Positions 16,261-18,578 of a stretch of DNA of 18,578 nucleotides are shown here, in pieces. The notes beneath the pieces are model-generated. The model did not search any database and was not told the origin of the DNA. It saw nothing but the letters and a program-made list of their open reading frames with translations. The DNA is from Armatimonadota bacterium (lineage in GTDB: Bacteria; Armatimonadota; Armatimonadia; Armatimonadales; Armatimonadaceae), in assembly GCA_043754515.1 (NCBI GenBank), contig JAYUUO010000025.1:1-18578 (forward strand), written 5' to 3'. A program made the translations under genes and the position numbers. Numbering within the stretch: the first letter of the stretch is position 1; each line of letters opens with the position of its first letter.

Positions 16261-17250
16261 CTACGGCGCGGCCAAGAAGCGGCGGTACCAGGCGACCGTC
16301 TCGTCGAGCGCGGAGTCGAGCGAGTAAAGCGGTGTCCAATTGAGCAGTTGCCGCGCCTTCTCCGCCGACAGATACTGATGACGGATCTCGTTCGAGGCTT
16401 CGTTCCGTATCTCCGGTTCGAGCGATGTGTCCATGCGCGACAGGATGCGCCCGACTAGATCCAGCACGGTTATCTGAATTTCGTTGCTGAAGTTGAACGC
16501 CTGACCGCGCATGCCATCCGGGTTCGCCGCGAGTTTTTCGGCGAGAAGTAGGTACGCCGCCGCCCCGTCGTCCGCGTAAAAGTAGTCCCGGACGAAAAGC
16601 CCGTCGGAGCGGATGATCGGGCGTTCGCCCCGGACGACGGAGCGGATCGTTCCCGGCACGATCCGGTTCCAGTTCAGGTCGCCGCCCCCATAGAAGTTGC
16701 CGCAACGCGTGATCGTCACCGGCAGACCGTACGTGTGCGCGTACGTGTGGGAGATCAGGTCGGTGCAGGACTTCGAAACGTCGTACGGGTGTCGCCCCTG
16801 GAGCGGGGCGTCCTCCTTGTAAGGCAGGTTTTCCTGGTCGCCGTACGCCTTGTCGCTCGACGCGATCACGACGCCTTTAACCTTCGGCGAGCGTCGCGAT
16901 GCCTCAAGAAGGCTCCAAGTCCCCTCAATGTTCGCCTTAAACGTCCCAACCGGGTTGCGGTTCGCTACCCCAACGATGGTTTGCGCCGCGAGGTGGATGA
17001 CCGTATCTACTTCGTACTCGCCCAGAGCACGCTCGAGAAGTGCCTGATCGCAGATGTCGCCGCGCACGGTCCGGACACGGTCAATCAGCCCGGAACGAAC
17101 CAGTTCGCTCCGCGGCACGCCATCGCGGGTCAGACAAATGACATCCGCGCCCGCTTCATGCAGCCGCTTCGTTACGTAGTAGCCGACCAACCCGGTACCC
17201 CCGGTGACGAAGACGGGGCGGTCACGCCAAAAGTCACTTGATTGCGCCAT
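16261..17250 (-). CDS. rfbG: CDP-glucose 4,6-dehydratase-like enzyme (329 aa)
   Basis: FW...[47 protein letters not shown]. Starts 3 nt after the rfbF stop. Confidence 0.82.
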   Translation of the reverse strand: MAQSSDFWRDRPVFVTGGTGLVGYYVTKRLHEAGADVICLTRDGVPRSELVRSGLIDRVRTVRGDICDQALLERALGEYEVDTVIHLAAQTIVGVANRNPVGTFKANIEGTWSLLEASRRSPKVKGVVIASSDKAYGDQENLPYKEDAPLQGRHPYDVSKSCTDLISHTYAHTYGLPVTITRCGNFYGGGDLNWNRIVPGTIRSVVRGERPIIRSDGLFVRDYFYADDGAAAYLLLAEKLAANPDGMRGQAFNFSNEIQITVLDLVGRILSRMDTSLEPEIRNEASNEIRHQYLSAEKARQLLNWTPLYSLDSALDETVAWYRRFLAAP

Positions 17251-17253
17251 ACC

Positions 17254-18036
17254 TTAATGCCAAACTTTCCACGGCGCATCGCCGCCATTCCACAACTCAT
17301 TGAGATACTGATATTCTCGGAAGGTGTCCATCGCGAAGAAAAACCCTTTATGACGGTATGCGGCTAGTTGGTTCCCTGCCGCGAGTCGCTCCATGGGCTT
17401 CTGCTCCAGGACGCACTCGTCACTCTCATCAAGATAGTCGAAAACGGCGCGGTTGAAGATGATGTAGCCGCAACTCGCCCAGCCCTCCATCTTCGGCTTC
17501 TCTTGGAACGCGGTCACCCCGCCCTGCGTGTCGAGCGTTAGCACCCCGAAGCGCGAGTTAGGTTGTGTCGTGGAGACGGTTGCTATCCGCCCGTGGCTTT
17601 TGTGGAACGCGAGCACTTCCGCCAGATTAATGTCCGCGACGCCGTCTCCGTAAGTCAACATGAATGTATCGTCATCGCCGATGTAACGTTTCACCCGGCG
17701 CAGTCGCCCTCCGGTCATCGTGTTCAAGCCAGTATCCGCGAGGGTAACACAAAAATCTTGCTCCTCATGGGCGTCCACATACGCCATGCGGCTTTCTCGC
17801 CCGAGATGCACGGTGAAGTCGTTGTTCATCGCCTCATAGTTCAGGAAATATTCCTTGATCATATTACCGCGATAGCCCAGACAGAGGATAAAATCTTTGT
17901 GCCCGAAGTGCGCGTAAGTCTTCATAATGTGCCAGAGGATCGGGCGTCCTCCGACTTCGACCAGCGGCTTAGGGCGATATTCCGTCTCTTCGCGGAGGCG
18001 CGTGCCTTGTCCGCCACATAAAATAATAGTCTTCAT
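17254..18036 (-). CDS. rfbF: Glucose-1-phosphate cytidylyltransferase (260 aa)
   Basis: MKTIILCGGQGTRLREETEYRPKPLVEVGGRPILWHIMK, DTGLNTMTGGRL, FMLTYGDGVAD, MDTFRE...APWKVW. Confidence 0.95.
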   Translation of the reverse strand: MKTIILCGGQGTRLREETEYRPKPLVEVGGRPILWHIMKTYAHFGHKDFILCLGYRGNMIKEYFLNYEAMNNDFTVHLGRESRMAYVDAHEEQDFCVTLADTGLNTMTGGRLRRVKRYIGDDDTFMLTYGDGVADINLAEVLAFHKSHGRIATVSTTQPNSRFGVLTLDTQGGVTAFQEKPKMEGWASCGYIIFNRAVFDYLDESDECVLEQKPMERLAAGNQLAAYRHKGFFFAMDTFREYQYLNELWNGGDAPWKVWH

Positions 18037-18175
18037 TTTTAGTTGATCGCTTCCGCGAGAAAATCCCACTCCAGAGGCCATAAGAGGCGTCATCAGGTAG
18101 AGGGGAAAGCCCCGTAGGTGGAGTTGTTCGCTAACACAGGGATGATGTACATGGCCGAAGTCGCCTACCGGCCTG

Positions 18176-18184
18176 AGTATACCA
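18176..18184 (-). promoter_or_regulatory. Putative extended -10 promoter (TGgTATACT) for the rfbF operon
   Basis: Minus strand CCGG-TG-G-TATACT-CAGG about 140 nt upstream of the rfbF ATG; no recognisable -35. Confidence 0.45.
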
Positions 18185-18484
18185 CCGGCGGTCCAACCAG
18201 GTCCGCTCGCCGGGGTGGACTTTATAATAAAGGGCGTTGTTGTTCACGATGGGAAACGAGCGGGTATCCTCGAAAGCCAAATGAAGCAACATGCCATCCG
18301 CCACCCATCTTACCCAGATTCCTGTTTTGTAAACGGGAGAAACGACGTCACGCGACACCGGCTATCTTCTACCTTCCGCACACCGTATCCTTCCGCCGCT
18401 CGGAAAATAAATCGGCGTGATCGGTGACTGACCAGATAGTGTAGCGCGAATTAGCGACGATTAGCGCATCAGTCACCCCAATAC

Positions 18485-18578
18485 CTACCGCTCATAAACC
18501 TCCCACAATCCGCTCTCCCCCTTGTACTTCCACTCGCTACGGAGGTATGTCCGGACCGCGATGAGTGAGTCCAGAGTC
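18485..18578 (-). CDS. C-terminal end of an upstream gene entering from the right edge
   Basis: Open frame ...TLDSLIAVRTYLRSEWKYKGESGLWEVYER* ending at TAG 18487-18485; protein-like composition, but only 30 codons are visible. Confidence 0.55.
   Translation of the reverse strand, partial: TLDSLIAVRTYLRSEWKYKGESGLWEVYER

Noticed and set aside
18162..18173. ops/JUMPstart-like element (GGCCGGTAGGCG, minus) in the rfbF leader
   Set aside because: Only a partial match to GGCGGTAG..TG, with no JUMPstart hairpin context.
18118..18427. Short ORFs upstream of rfbF (100, 75 and 70 aa)
   Set aside because: Mutually overlapping, no motifs or clear SD; the region looks regulatory.
1..18578. CRISPR array, tRNA/rRNA, transposase, integrase or prophage genes
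   Set aside because: No spaced repeat arrays, cloverleaf or rRNA-like segments, or DDE/recombinase motifs seen by eye.

Overview
GC-rich bacterial window; the gene style suggests Armatimonadota or a similar environmental lineage (inference only). Left half: a >725-aa TPR protein on the minus strand that runs off the left edge and is absent from the supplied ORF track, a DUF975-like membrane protein, an FAH-superfamily 2-keto-3-deoxy-pentonate dehydratase-like gene, an atypical stand-alone Hsp70 paralogue, a GH4 alpha-galactosidase with an extra C-terminal beta-sandwich domain, a small 2-TM protein and an S4/YaaA-like protein. Right half (8910-18036, minus strand): a tightly coupled CDP-3,6-dideoxy, C4-branched sugar operon. 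Its order is rfbF, rfbG-like, a degenerate-Rossmann::GT2 polyprenol-phosphate glycosyltransferase fusion, rfbH, an NAD-dependent epimerase/reductase, an HpcH/HpaI aldolase, a truncated ThDP enzyme, a hidden frameshifted remnant of another ThDP gene, and one intact YerE-like ThDP enzyme. The best candidate system is a yersiniose/erwiniose/caryophyllose-type acyl-branched sugar pathway with lipid-linked delivery. It appears to have collapsed from three ThDP paralogues to one while keeping start/stop overlaps. No rRNA, tRNA, CRISPR array or transposase was seen.
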